From Eledone cirrhosa (lineage: Eukaryota), in contig OZ024742.1 of assembly GCA_964016885.1 (NCBI GenBank), positions 31,992,001-32,056,000 of the forward strand: a stretch of 64,000 nucleotides of DNA. Reading direction: 5' to 3'. The position numbers and the translations under genes are program-made. Below the pieces are notes generated by a model. That model ran no database searches, was not told where the DNA came from, and saw only the letters and a list, made by a program, of their open reading frames with translations. Within the stretch, counting starts at the first letter, position 1; each line of letters starts with the position of its first letter. Shown piece by piece: positions 1 to 15,000 of this stretch.

Positions 1-3000
1 TGTCTGTGGTATGTGGACTGTAGTCTCTGGTAACTCAATGTCTTCACTGTTCCAACCTAATATCTGTGGTCTGTGGACTGTAGTCTCTGGTAACTCAATG
101 TCTTCACTGTTACTTAACTGTTCAAACCTAATGTCTGTGGTATGTGGACTGTAGTCTCTGGTAACTCAATGTCTTCACTGTTCCAACCTAATATCTGTGG
201 TATGTGGACTGTGGTCTCTGGTAACTCAATGTCTTCACTGTTACTTAACTGTTCCAACCTAATATCTGTGGTCTGTGGACTGTAGTCTGGTAACTCAATG
301 TCTTCACTGTTACTTAACTGTTCCAACCTAATGTCTGTGGTCTGTGGACTGTAGTCTCTGGTAACTCAATGTCTTCACTGTTACTTAACTGTTCCAACCT
401 AATATCTGTGGTATGTGGACTGTGGTCTCTGGTAACTCAATGTCTTCACTGTTACTTAACTGTTCCAACCTAATATCTGTGGTCTGTGGACTGTAGTCTC
501 TGGTAACTCAATGTCTTCACTGTTACTTAACTGTTCCTACCTAATATCTGTAATCTGTGGACTGTAGTCTCTGGTAACTCAATGTCTTCACTGTTACTTA
601 ACTGTTCCAACCTAATGTCTGTGGTATGTGGACTGTAGGCTCTGGTAACTCAATGTCTTCACTGTTCCAACCTAATATCTGTGGTCTGTGGACTGTAGTC
701 TCTGGTAACTCAATGTCTTCACTGTTACTTAACTGTTCCAACCTAATATCTGTGGTCTGTGGACTGTAGTCTCTGGTAACTCAATGTCTTCACTGTTACT
801 TAACTGTTCCAACCTAATATCTGTGGTATGTGGACTGTGGTCTCTGGTAACTCAATGTCTTCACTGTTACTTAACTGTTCCAACCTAATATCTGTGGTCT
901 GTGGACTGTAGTCTCTGGTAACTCAATGTCTTCACTGTTACTTAACTGTTCCTACCTAATATCTGTAATCTGTGGACTGTAGTCTCTGGTAACTCAATGT
1001 CTTCACTGTTACTTAACTGTTCCAACCTAATGTCTGTGATATGTGGACTGTAGTCTCTGGTAACTCAATGTCTTCACTGTTCCAACCTAATATCTGTGGT
1101 CTGTGGACTGTAGTCTCTGGTAACTCAATGTCTTCACTGTTACTTAACTGTTCCAACCTAATATCTGTGGTCTGTGGACTGTAGTCTCTGGTAACTCAAT
1201 GTCTTCACTGTTACTTAACTGTTCCAACCTAATATCTGTGGTCTGTGGACTGTAGTCTCTGGTAACTCAATGTCTTCACTGTTACTTAACTGTTCCTACC
1301 TAATATCTGTAATCTGTGGACTGTAGTCTCTGGTAACTCAATGTCTTCACTGTTACTTAACTGTTCCAACCTAATGTCTGTGGTATGTGGACTGTAGTCT
1401 CTGGTAACTCAATGTCTTCACTGTTCCAACCTAATATCTGTGGTCTGTGGACTGTAGTCTCTGGTAACTCAATGTCTTCACTGTTACTTAACTGTTCCAA
1501 CCTAATATCTGTGGTCTGTGGACTGTAGTCTCTGGTAACTCAATGTCTTCACTGTTACTTAACTGTTCCTACCTAATATCTGTAATCTGTGGACTGTAGT
1601 CTCTGGTAACTCAATGTCTTCACTGTTACTTAACTGTTCCAGCCTAATGTCTGTGGTATGTGGACTGTAGTCTCTGGTAACTCAATGTCTTCACTGTTCC
1701 AACCTAATATCTGTGGTCTGTGGACTGTAGTCTCTGGTAACTCAATGTCTTCACTGTTACTTAACTGTTCCAACCTAATATCTGTGGTATGTGGACTGTG
1801 GTGTCTGGTAACTCAATGTCTTCACTGTTACTTAACTGTTCCAACCTAATATCTGTGGTCTGTGGACTGTAGTCTCTGGTAACTCAATGTCTTCACTGTT
1901 ACTTAACTGTTCCTACCTAATATCTGTAATCTGTGGACTGTAGTCTCTGGTAACTCAATGTCTTCACTGTTACTTAACTGTTCCAACCTAATGTCTGTTG
2001 TATGTGGACTGTAGTCTCTGGTAACTCAATGTCTTCACTGTTCCAACCTAATATCTGTGGTCTGTGGACTGTAGTCTCTGGTAACTCAATGTCTTCACTG
2101 TTACTTAACTGTTCCAACCTAATATCTGTGGTCTGTGAACTGTAGTCTCTGGTAACTCAATGTCTTCACTGTTACTTAACTGTTCCAACCTAGTATCTGT
2201 GGTATGTGGACTGTGGTCTCTGGTAACTCAATGTCTTCACTGTTACTTAACTGTTCCAACCTAATATCTGTGGTCTGTGGACTGTAGTCTCTGGTAACTC
2301 AATGTCTTCACTGTTACTTAACTGTTCCTACCTAATATCTGTAATCTGTGGACTGTAGTCTCTGGTAACTCAATGTCTTCACTGTTACTTAACTGTTCCA
2401 ACCTAATGTCTGTGGTATGTGGACTGTAGTCTCTGGTAACTCAATGTCTTCACTGTTCCAACCTAATATCTGTGGTCTGTGGACTGTAGTCTCTGGTAAC
2501 TCAATGTCTTCACTGTTACTTCACTGTTCCAACCTAATGTCTGTGGTATGTGGACTGTAGTCTCTGGTAACTCAATGTCTTCACTGTTCCAACCTAATAT
2601 TTGTGGTCTGTGGACTGTAGTCTCTGGTAACTCAATGTCTTCACTGTTACTTAACTGTTCCAACCTAATATCTGTGGTCTGTGGACTGTAGTCTGGTAAC
2701 TCAATGTCTTCACTGTTACTTAACTGTTCCAACCTAATGTCTGTGGTCTGTGGACTGTAGTCTCTGGTAACTCAATGTCTTCACTGTTACTTAACTGTTC
2801 CAACCTAATATCTGTGGTATGTGGACTGTGGTCTCTGGTAACTCAATGTCTTCACTGTTACTTAACTGTTCCAACCTAATATCTGTGGTCTGTGGACTGT
2901 AGTCTCTGGTAACTCAATGTCTTCACTGTTACTTAACTGTTCCTACCTAATATCTGTAATCTGTGGACTGTAGTCTCTGGTAACTCAATGTCTTCACTGT

Positions 3001-6000
3001 TACTTAACTGTTCCAACCTAATGTCTGTGGTATGTGGACTGTAGTCTCTGGTAACTCAATGTCTTCACTGTTCCAACCTAATATCTGTGGTCTGTGGACT
3101 GTAGTCTCTGGTAACTCAATGTCTTCACTGTTACTTAACTGTTCCAACCTAATATCTGTGGTCTGTGGACTGTAGTCTCTGGTAACTCAATGTCTTCACT
3201 GTTACTTAACTGTTCCAACCTAATGTCTGTGGTATGTGGACTGTAGTCTCTGGTAACTCAATGTCTTCACTGTTCCAACCTAATATCTGTGGTCTGTGGA
3301 CTGTAGTCTCTGGTAACTCAATGTCTTCACTGTTACTTAACTGTTCCAACCTAATATCTGTGGTATGTGGACTGTAGTGTCTGGTAACTCAATGTCTTCA
3401 CTGTTACTTAACTGTTCCAACCTAATGTCTGTGGTATGTGGACTGTAGTCTCTGGTAACTCAATGTCTTCACTGTTACTTAACTGTTCCTACCTAATATC
3501 TGTGGTCTGTGGACTGTAGTCTCTGGTAACTCAATGTCTTCACTGTTACTTAACTGTTCCAACCTAATGTCTGTGGTCTGTGGACTGTAGTCTTTGGTAA
3601 CTCAATGTCTTCACTGTTACTTAACTGTTCCAACCTAATATCTGTGGTCTGTGGACTGTAGTCTCTGGTAACTCAATGTCTTCACTGTTATTTAACTGTT
3701 CCTACCTAATATCTGTAATCTGTGGACTGTAGTCTCTGGTAACTCAATGTCTTCACTGTTACTTAACTGTTCCAACCTAATGTCTGTGGTATGTGGACTG
3801 TAGTCTCTGGTAACTCAATGTCTTCACCGTTCCAACCTAATATCTCTGGTCTGTGGACTGTAGTCTCTGGTAACTCAATGTCTTCACTGTTACTTAACTG
3901 TTCCAACCTAATGTGTGTGGTCTGTGGACTGTGGTCTCTGGTAACTCAATGTCTTCACTGTTACTTAACTGTTCCAACCTAATGTGTGTGGTCTGTGGAC
4001 TGTGGTCTCTGGTAACTCAATGTCTTCACTGTTACTTAACTGTTCCAACCTAATATCTGTGGTATGTGGACTGTGGTCACTGGTAACTCAATGTCTTCAC
4101 TGTTACTTAACTGTTCCAACCTAATATCTGTAATCTGTGGACTGTAGTCTCTGGTAACTCAATGTCTTCACTGTTACTTAACTGTTCCAACCTAATGTCT
4201 GTGGTATGTGGACTGTAGTCTCTGGTAACTCAATGTCTTCACTGTTCCAACCTAATATCTGTGGTCTGTGGACTGTAGTCTCTGGTAACTCAATGTCTTC
4301 ACTGTTACTTAACTGTTCCTACCTAATATCTGTGGTCTGTGGACTGTAGTCTCTGGTAACTCAATGTCTTCACTGTTACTTAACTGTTCCAACCTAATAT
4401 CTGTGGTCTGTGGACTGTAGTCTCTGGTAACTCAATGTCTTCACTGTTACTTAACTGTTCCAACCTAATATCTGTGGTCTGTGGACTTTAGTCTCTGGTA
4501 ACTAAATGTCTTCACTGTTACTTAACTGTTCCAACCTAATGTCTGTGGTCTGTGGACTGTAGTCTCTGGTAACTCAATGTCTTCACTGTTACTTAACTGT
4601 TCCAACCTAATATCTGTGGTCTGTGGACTTTAGTCTCTGGTAACTAAATGTCTTCACTGTTACTTAACTGTTCCAACCTAATGTCTGTGGTCTGTGGACT
4701 GTAGTCTCTGGTAACTCAATGTCTTCACTGTTACTTAACTGTTCCAACCTAATATCTGTGGTCTGTGGACTTTAGTCTCTGGTAACTAAATGTCTTCACT
4801 GTTACTTAACTGTTCCAACCTAATGTCTGTGGTCTGTGGACTGTAGTCTCTGGTAACTCAATGTCTTCACTGTTACTTAACTGTTCCAACCTAATGTCTG
4901 TGGTCTGTGGACTGTAGTCTCTGGTAACTCAATGTCTTTACTGTTACTTAACTGTTCCAACCTAATGTCTGTGGTCTGTGGACTGTAGTCTCTGGTAACT
5001 AAATGTCTTCACTGTTACTTAACTGTTCCAACCTAATGTCTGTGGTCTGTGGACTGTAGTCTCTGGTAACTAAATGTCTTCACTGTTACTTAACTGTTCC
5101 AACCTAATGTCTGTGGTCTGTGGACTGTAGTCTCTGGTAACTAAATGTCTTCACTGTTACTTAACTGTTCCAACCTAATGTCTGTGGTCTGTGGACTGTA
5201 GTCTCTGGTAACTCAATGTCTTCACTGTTACTTAACTGTTCCAACCTAATATCTGTGGTATGTGGACTGTAGTCTCTGGTAACTCAATGTCTTTACTGTT
5301 ACTTAACTGTTCCAACCTAATGTCTGTGGTCTGTGGACTGTAGTCTCTGGTAACTCAATGTCTTCACTGTTACTTAACTGTTCCTACCTAATATCTGTGG
5401 TCTGTGGACTGTAGTCTCTGGTAACTCAATGTCTTCACTGTTACTTAACTGTTCCAACCTAATGTCTGTGGTCTGTGGACTGTAGTCTTTGGTAACTCAA
5501 TGTCTTCACTGTTACTTAACTGTTCCAACCTAATATCTGTGGTCTGTGGACTGTAGTCTCTGGTAACTCAATGTCTTCACTGTTATTTAACTGTTCCTAC
5601 CTAATATCTGTAATCTGTGGACTGTAGTCTCTGGTAACTCAATGTCTTCACTGTTACTTAACTGTTCCAACCTAATGTCTGTGGTATGTGGACTGTGGTC
5701 TCTGGTAACTCAATGTCTTCACTGTTACTTAACTGTTCCAACCTAATATCTGTGGTCTGTGGACTGTGGTCTCTGGTGACTCAATGTCTTCACCGTTCCA
5801 ACCTAATATCTCTGGTCTGTGGACTGTAGTCTCTGGTAACTCAATGTCTTCACTGTTACTTAACTGTTCCAACCTAATGTGTGTGGTCTGTGGACTGTGG
5901 TCTCTGGTAACTCAATGTCTTCACTGTTACTTAACTGTTCCAACCTAATGTCTGTGGTCTGTGGACTGTGGTCTCTGGTAACTCAATGTCTTCACTGTTA

Positions 6001-9000
6001 CTTAACTGTTCCAACCTAATATCTGTGGTATGTGGACTGTGGTCACTGGTAACTCAATGTCTTCACTGTTACTTAACTGTTCCAACCTAATATCTGTGGT
6101 ATGTGGACTGTAGTCTCTGGTAACTCAATGTCTTCACTGTTACTTAACTGTTCCAACCTAATGTCTGTGGTCTGTGGACTGTAGTCTCTGGTAACTCAAT
6201 GTCTTCACTGTTACTTAACTGTTCCAACCTAATATCTGTGGTCTGTGGACTGTAGTCTCTGGTAACTCAATGTCTTCACTATTACTTAACTGTTCCAACC
6301 TAATATCTGTGGTCTGTGGACTGTAGTCTCTGGTAACTCAATGTCTTCACTGTTACTTAACTGTTCCAACCTAATCTCTGTGGTCTGTGGACTGTAGTCT
6401 CTGGTAACTCAATGTCTTCACTATTACTTAACTGTTCCAACCTAATATCTGTGGTCTGTGGACTGTAGTCTCTGGTAACTCAATGTCTTCACTGTTACTT
6501 AACTGTTCCAACCTAATATCTGTGGTATGTGGACTGTAGTCTCTGGTAACTCAATGTCTTCACTGTTACTTAACTGTTCCAACCTAATATCTGTGGTATG
6601 TGGACTGTAGTCTCTGGTAACTCAATGTCTTCACTGTTACTTAACTGTTCCAACCTAATATCTGTGGTCTGTGGACTGTAGTCTCTGGTAACTCAATGTC
6701 TTCACTGTTACTTAACTGTTCCAACCTAATGTCTGTGGTCTGTGGACTGTGGTCTCTGGTAACTCAATGTCTTCACTGTTCCAACCTAATATCTGTGGTC
6801 TGTGGACTGTAGTCTCTGGTAACTCAATGTCTTCACTGTTACTTAACTGTTCCAACCTAATGTCTGTGGTCTGTGGACTGTGGTCTCTGGTAACTCAATG
6901 TCTTCACTGTTCCAACCTAATATCTGTGGTCTGTGGACTGTAGTCTCTGGTAACTCAATGTCTTCACTGTTACTTAACTGTTCCAACCTAATGTCTGTGG
7001 TCTGTGGACTGTGGTCTCTGGTAACTCAATGTCTTCACTGTTCCAACCTAATATCTGTGGTCTGTGGACTGTAGTCTCTGGTAACTCAATGTCTTCACTG
7101 TTACTTAACTGTTCCAACCTAATATCTGTGGTATGTGGACTGTGGTCTCTGGTAACTCAATGTCTTCACTGTTACTTAACTGTTCCAACCTAATATCTGT
7201 GGTATGTGGAATGTAGTCTTTGGTAACTCAATGTCTTCACTGTTACTTAACTGTTCCAACCTAATATCTGTGGTCTGTGGACTGTAGTCTCTGGTAACTC
7301 AATGTCTTCACTGTTACTTAACTGTTCCAACCTAATATCTGTGGTCTGTGGACTGTAGTCTCTGGTAACTCAATGTCTTCACTGTTACTTAACTGTTCCA
7401 ACCTAATATCTGTGGTCTGTGGACTGTAGTCTCTGGTAACTCAATGTCTTCACTGTTACTTAACTGTTCCAACCTAATATCTGTGGTCTGTGGACTGTAG
7501 TCTCTGGTAACTCAATGTCTTCACTGTTACTTAACTGTTCCAACCTAATGTCTGTGGTCTGTGGACTGTAGTCTCTGGTAACTCAATGTCTTCACTGTTA
7601 CTTAACTGTTCCAACCTAATATCTGTGGTCTGTGGACTGTAGTCTCTGGTAACTCAATGTCTTCACTGTTACTTAACTGTTCCAACCTAATGTCTGTGGT
7701 CTGTGGACTGTAGTCTCTGGTAACTCAATGTCTTCACTGTTACTTAACTGTTCCAACCTAATATCTGTGGTCTGTGGACTGTAATCTCTGGTAACTCAAT
7801 GTCTTCACTGTTACTTAACTGTTCCAACCTAATGTCTGTGGTCTGTGGACTGTAGTCTCTGGTAACTCAATGTCTTCACTGTTACTTAACTGTTCCAACC
7901 TAATATCTGTGGTATGTAGACTGTGGTCTCTGGTAACTCAATGTCTTCACTGTTACTTAACTGTTCCAACCTAATATCTGTGGTCTGTGGACTGTAGTCT
8001 CTGGTAACTCAATGTCTTCACTGTTACTTAACTGTTCCTACCTAATATCTGTGGTATGTGGACTGTGGTCTCTGGTAACTCAATGTCTTCACTGTTACTT
8101 AACTGTTCCAACCTAATATCTGTGGTATGTGGACTGTAGTCTTTGGTAACTCAATGTCTTCACTGTTACTTAACTGTTCCAACCTAATATCTGTGGTCTG
8201 TGGACTGTAGTCTCTGGTAACTCAATGTCTTCACTGTTACTTAACTGTTCCAACCTAATATCTGTGGTCTGTGGACTGTAGTCTCTGGTAACTCAATGTC
8301 TTCACTGTTACTTAACTGTTCCAACCTAATATCTGTGGTCTGTGGACTGTAGTCTCTGGTAACTCAATGTCTTCACTGTTACTTAACTGTTCCAACCTAA
8401 TGTCTGTGGTCTGTGGACTGTAGTCTCTGGTAACTCAATGTCTTCACTGTTACTTAACTGTTCCAACCTAATATCTGTGGTATGTAGACTGTGGTCTCTG
8501 GTAACTCAATGTCTTCACTGTTACTTAACTGTTCCAACCTAATATCTGTGGTATGTAGACTGTGGTCTCTGGTAACTCAATGTCTTCACTGTTACTTAAC
8601 TGTTCCTACCTAATATCTGTAATCTGTGGACTGTAGTCTCTGGTAACTCAATGTCTTCACTGTTACTTAACTGTTCCAACCTAATGTCTGTGGTATGTGG
8701 ACTGTAGTCTCTGGTAACTCAATGTCTTCACTGTTCCAACCTAATATCTGTGGTCTGTGGACTGTAGTCTCTGGTAACTCAATGTCTTCACTGTTACTTA
8801 ACTGTTCCAACCTAATATCTGTGGTATGTGGACTGTAGTCTCTGGTAACTCAATGTCTTCACTGTTACTTAACTGTTCCAACCTAATATCTGTGGTATGT
8901 GGACTGTGGTCTCTGGTAACTCAATGTCTTCACTGTTACTTAACTGTTCCTACCTAATATCTGTGGTATGTGGACTGTGGTCTCTGGTAACTCAATGTCT

Positions 9001-12000
9001 TCACTGTTACTTAACTGTTCCAACCTAATATCTGTGGTCTGTGGACTGTAGTCTCTGGTAACTCAATGTCTTCACTGTTACTTAACTGTTCCAACCTAAT
9101 ATCTGTGGTCTGTGGACTGTAGTCTCTGGTAACTCAATGTCTTCACTGTTACTTAACTGTTCCTACCTAATATCTGTGGTATGTGGACTGTGGTCTCTGG
9201 TAACTCAATGTCTTCACTGTTACTTAACTGTTCCAACCTAATATCTGTGGTATGTGGACTGTAGTCTTTGGTAACTCAATGTCTTCACTGTTACTTAACT
9301 GTTCCAACCTAATATCTGTGGTCTGTGGACTGTAGTCTCTGGTAACTCAATGTCTTCACTGTTACTTAACTGTTCCTACCTAATATCTGTGGTATGTGGA
9401 CTGTGGTCTCTGGTAACTCAATGTCTTCACTGTTACTTAACTGTTCCAACCTAATATCTGTGGTCTGTGGACTGTAGTCTCTGGTAACTCAATGTCTTCA
9501 CTGTTACTTAACTGTTCCAACCTAATGTCTGTGGTCTGTGGACTGTAGTCTCTGGTAACTCAATGTCTTCACTGTTACTTAACTGTTCCAACCTAATATC
9601 TGTGGTCTGTGGACTGTAGTCTCTGGTAACTCAATGTCTTCACTGTTACTTAACTGTTCCTACCTAATATCTGTAATCTGTGGACTGTAGTCTCTGGTAA
9701 CTCAATGTCTTCACTGTTCCAACCTAATATCTGTGGTCTGTGGACTGTAGTCTCTGGTAACTCAATGTCTTCACTGTTACTTAACTGTTCCAACCTAATA
9801 TCTGTGGTCTGTGGACTGTAGTCTCTGGTAACTCAATGTCTTCACTGTTACTTAACTGTTCCAACCTAATATCTGTGGTATGTGGACTGTGGTCTCTGGT
9901 AACTCAATGTCTTCACTGTTACTTAACTGTTCCAACCTAATGTCTGTGGTATGTGGACTATAGTCTCTGGTAACTCAATGTCTTCACTGTTACTTAACTG
10001 TTCCTACCTAATATCTGTGGTCTGTGGACTGTAGTCTCTGGTAACTCAATATCTTCACTGTTACTTAACTGTTCCTACCTAATATCTGTAATCTGTGGAC
10101 TGTAGTCTCTGGTAACTCAATGTCTTCACTGTTACTTAACTGTTCCAACCTAATATCTGTGGTCTGTGGACTGTAGTCTCTGGTAACTCAATGTCTTCAC
10201 TGTTACTTAACTGTTCCTACCTAATATCTGTGGTCTGTGGACTTTAGTCTCTGGTAACTCAATATCTTCACTGTTACTTAACTGTTCCTACCTAATATCT
10301 GTAATCTGTGGACTGTAGTCTCTGGTAACTCAATGTCTTCACTGTTACTTAACTGTTCCAACCTAATGTCTGTGGTATGTGGACTGTGGTCTCTGGTAAC
10401 TCAATGTCTTCACTGTTACTTAACTGTTCCAACCTAATGTCTGTGGTATGTGGACTGTGGTCTCTGGTAACTCAATGTCTTCACTGTTACTTAACTGTTC
10501 CAACCTAATATCTGTGGTCTGTGGACTGTAGTCTCTGGTAACTCAATGTCTTCACTGTTACTTAACTGTTCCAACCTAATGTCTGTGGTATGTGGACAGT
10601 AGTCTCTGGTAACTCAATGTCTTCACTGTTCCAACCTAATATCTGTGGTCTGTGGACTGTAGTCTCTGGTAACTCAATGTCTTCACTGTTACTTAACTGT
10701 TCCAACCTAATATCTGTGGTCTGTGGACTGTGGTCTCTGGTAACTCAATGTCTTCACTGTTACTTAACTGTTCCAACCTAATATCTGTGTTATGTAGACT
10801 GTGGTCTCTGGTAACTCAATGTCTTCACTGTTACTTAACTGTTCCAACCTAATATCTGTGGTCTGTGGACTGTGGTCTCTGGTAACTCAATGTCTTCACT
10901 GTTACTTAACTGTTCCAACCTAATATCTGTGTTATGTAGACTGTGGTCTCTGGTAACTCAATGTCTTCACTGTTACTTAACTGTTCCAACCTAATATCTG
11001 TGGTCTGTGGACTGTGGTCTCTGGTAACTCAATGTCTTCACTGTTACTTAACTGTTCCTACATAATATCTGTAATCTGTGGACTGTAGTCTCTGGTAACT
11101 CAATGTCTTTACTGTTACTTAACTGTTCCAACCTAATGTCTGTGGTATGTGGACTGTAGTCTCTGGTAACTCAATGTCTTCACTGTTCCAACCTAATATC
11201 TGTGGTCTGTGGACTGTAGTCTCTGGTAACTCAATGTCTTCACTGTTACTTAACTGTTCCAACCTAATATCTGTGGTCTGTGGACTGTAGTCTCTGGTAA
11301 CTCAATGTCTTCACTGTTCCAACCTAATATCTGTGGTCTGTGGACTGTAGTCTCTGGTAACTCAATGTCTTCACTGTTACTTAACTGTTCCAACCTAATG
11401 TCTGTGGTCTCTGGTAACTCAATGTCTTCACTGTTACTTAACTGTTCCAACCTAATATCTGTGGTCTGTGGACTGTAGTCTCTGGTAACTCAATGTCTTC
11501 ACTGTTACTTAACTGTTCCTACCTAATATCTGTAATCTGTGGACTGTAGTCTCTGGTAACTCAATGTCTTCACTGTTCCAACCTAATATCTGTGGTCTGT
11601 GGACTGTAGTCTCTGGTAACTCAATGTCTTCACTGTTACTTAACTGTTCCAACCTAATGTCTGTGGTCTGTGGACTGTAGTCTCTGGTAACTCAATGTCT
11701 TCACTGTTACTTAACTGTTCCAACCTAATGTCTGTGGTCTGTGGACTGTAGTCTCTGGTAACTCAATGTCTTCACTGTTACTTAACTGTTCCAACCTAAT
11801 TTCTGTGGTCTGTGGACTGTAGTCTCTGGTAACTCAATGTCTTCACTGTTACTTAACTGTTCCAACCTAATGTCTGTGGTCTGTGGACTGTAGTCTCTGG
11901 TAACTCAATGTCTTCACTGTTACTTAACTGTTCCAACCTAATGTCTGTGGTCTGTGGACTGTAGTCTCTGGTAACTCAATGTCTTCACTGTTACTTAACT

Positions 12001-15000
12001 GTTCCAACCTAATGTCTGTGGTCTGTGGACTGTAGTCTCTGGTAACTCAATGTCTTCACTGTTACTTAACTGTTCCAACCTAATATCTGTGGTATGTGGA
12101 CTGTAGTCTCTGGTAACTCAATGTCTTCACTGTTACTTAACTGTTCCAACCTAATATCTGTGGTATGTGGACTGTAGTCTCTGGTAAATCAATGTCTTCA
12201 CTGTTACTTAACTGTTCCAACCTAATATCTGTGGTCTGTGGACTGTAGTCTCTGGTAACTCAATGTCTTCACTGTTACTTAACTGTTCCAACCTAATGTC
12301 TGTGGTCTGTGGACTGTAGTCTCTGGTAACTCAATGTCTTCACTGTTACTTAACTGTTCCAACCTAATATCTGTGGTATGTGGACTGTGGTCTCTGGTAA
12401 CTCAATGTCTTCACTGTTACTTAACTGTTCCAACCTAATATCTGTGGTATGTGGACTGTAGTCTCTGGTAACTCAATGTCTTCACTGTTACTTAACTGTT
12501 CCAACCTAATGTCTGTGGTCTGTGGACTGTAGTCTCTGGTAACTCAATGTCTTCACTGTTACTTAACTGTTCCAACCTAATATCTGTGGTCTGTGGACTG
12601 TAGTCTCTGGTAACTCAATGTCTTCACTGTTACTTAACTGTTCCAACCTAATATCTGTGGTATGTGGACTGTGGTCTCTGGTAACTCAATGTCTTCACTG
12701 TTACTTAACTGTTCCAACCTAATGTCTGTGGTCTGTGGACTGTAGTCTCTGGTAACTCAATGTCTTCACTGTTACTTAACTGTTCCAACCTAATATCTGT
12801 GGTATGTGGACTGTGGTCTCTGGTAACTCAATGTCTTTACTGTTACTTAACTGTTCCAACCTAATGTCTGTGGTCTGTGGACTGTGGTCTCTGGTAACTC
12901 AATGTCTTCACTGTTACTTAACTGTTCCAACCTAATATCTGTGGTATGTGGACTGTAGTCTCTGGTAAGTCAATGTCTTCACTGTTACTTAACTGTTCCA
13001 ACCAATTATCTGTGGTATGTGGACTGTAGTCTCTGGTAACTCAATGTCTTCACTGTTACTTAACTGTTCCAACCTAATATCTGTGGTATGTGGACTGTAG
13101 TCTCTGGTAACTCAATGTTTTCACTGTTGCTTAACTGTTCCAACCTAATATCTGTGGTCTGTGGACTGTAGTCTCTGGTAACTCAATGTCTTCACTATTA
13201 CTTAACTGTTCCAACCTAATATCTGTGGTATGTGGACTGTAGTCTCTGGTAACTCAATGTCTTCACTGTTACTTAACTGTTCCAACCTAATATCTGTGGT
13301 CTGTGGACTGTAGTCTCTGGTAATTCAATGTCTTCACTGTTACTTAACTGTTCCAACCTAATATCTGTGGTATGTGGACTGTAGTCTCTGGTAACTTAAT
13401 GTCTTCACTGTTACTTAACTGTTCCAACCTAATGTCTGTGGTCTGTGGACTGTAGTCTCTGGTAACTCAATGTCTTCACTGTTACTTAACTGTTCCAACC
13501 TAATGTCTGTGGTCTGTGGACTGTAGTCTTTGGTAACTCAATGTCTTCACTGTTACTTAACTGTTCCTACCTAATATCTGTGGTCTGTGGACTGTAGTCT
13601 CTGGTAACTCAATGTCTTCACTGTTACTTAACTGTTCCAACCTAATGTCTGTGGTATGTGGACTGTAGTCTTTGGTAACTCAATGTCTTCACTGTTACTT
13701 AACTGTTCCAACCTAATGTCTGTGGTATGTGGACTGTAGTCTTTGGTAACTCAATGTCTTCACTGTTACTTAACTGTTCCAACCTAATATCTGTGGTCTG
13801 TGGACTGTAGTCTCTGGTAACTCAATGTCTTCACTGTTACTTAACTGTTCCAACCTAATGTCTGTGGTATGTGGACTGTGGTCTCTGGTAACTCAATGTC
13901 TTCACTGTTACTTAACTGTTCCAACCTAATGTCTGTGGTCTGTGGACTGTAGTCTCTGGTAACTCAATGTCTTCACTGTTACTTAAATGTTCCTACCTAA
14001 TATCTGTGGTCTGTGGACTGTAGTCTCTGGTAACTCAATGTCTTCACTGTTACTTAACTGTTCCAACCTAATATCTGTGGTATGTGGACTGTAGTCTCTG
14101 GTAACTCAATGTCTTCACTGTTACTTAACTGTTCCAAACTAATGTCTGTGGTCTGTGGACTCTGGTCTCTGGTAACTCAATGTCTTCACTGTTACTTAAC
14201 TGTTCCAACCTAATATCTGTGGTCTGTGGACTGTAGTCTCTGGTAACTCAATGTCTTCACTGTTACTTAACTGTTCCAACCTAATATCTGTGTATTGTGG
14301 ACTGTAGTCTCTGGTAACTCAATGTCTTCACTGTTACTTAACTGTTCCTACCTAATATCTGTGGTATGTGGACTGTGGTCTCTGGTAACTCAATGTCTTC
14401 ACTGTTACTTAACTGTTCCAACCTAATATCTGTGGTATGTGGACTGTAGTCTTTGGTAACTCAATGTCTTCACTGTTACTTAACTGTTCCAACCTAATAT
14501 CTGTGGTCTGTGGACTGTAGTCTCTGGTAACTCAATGTCTTCACTGTTACTTAACTGTTCCTACCTAATATCTGTGGTATGTGGACTGTGGTCTCTGGTA
14601 ACTCAATGTCTTCACTGTTACTTAACTGTTCCAACCTAATATCTGTGGTCTGTGGACTGTAGTCTCTGGTAACTCAATGTCTTCACTGTTACTTAACTGT
14701 TCCAACCTAATGTCTGTGGTCTGTGGACTGTAGTCTCTGGTAACTCAATGTCTTCACTGTTACTTAACTGTTCCAACCTAATATCTGTGGTCTGTGGACT
14801 GTAGTCTCTGGTAACTCAATGTCTTCACTGTTACTTAACTGTTCCTACCTAATATCTGTAATCTGTGGACTGTAGTCTCTGGTAACTCAATGTCTTCACT
14901 GTTCCAACCTAATATCTGTGGTCTGTGGACTGTAGTCTCTGGTAACTCAATGTCTTCACTGTTACTTAACTGTTCCAACCTAATATCTGTGGTCTGTGGA

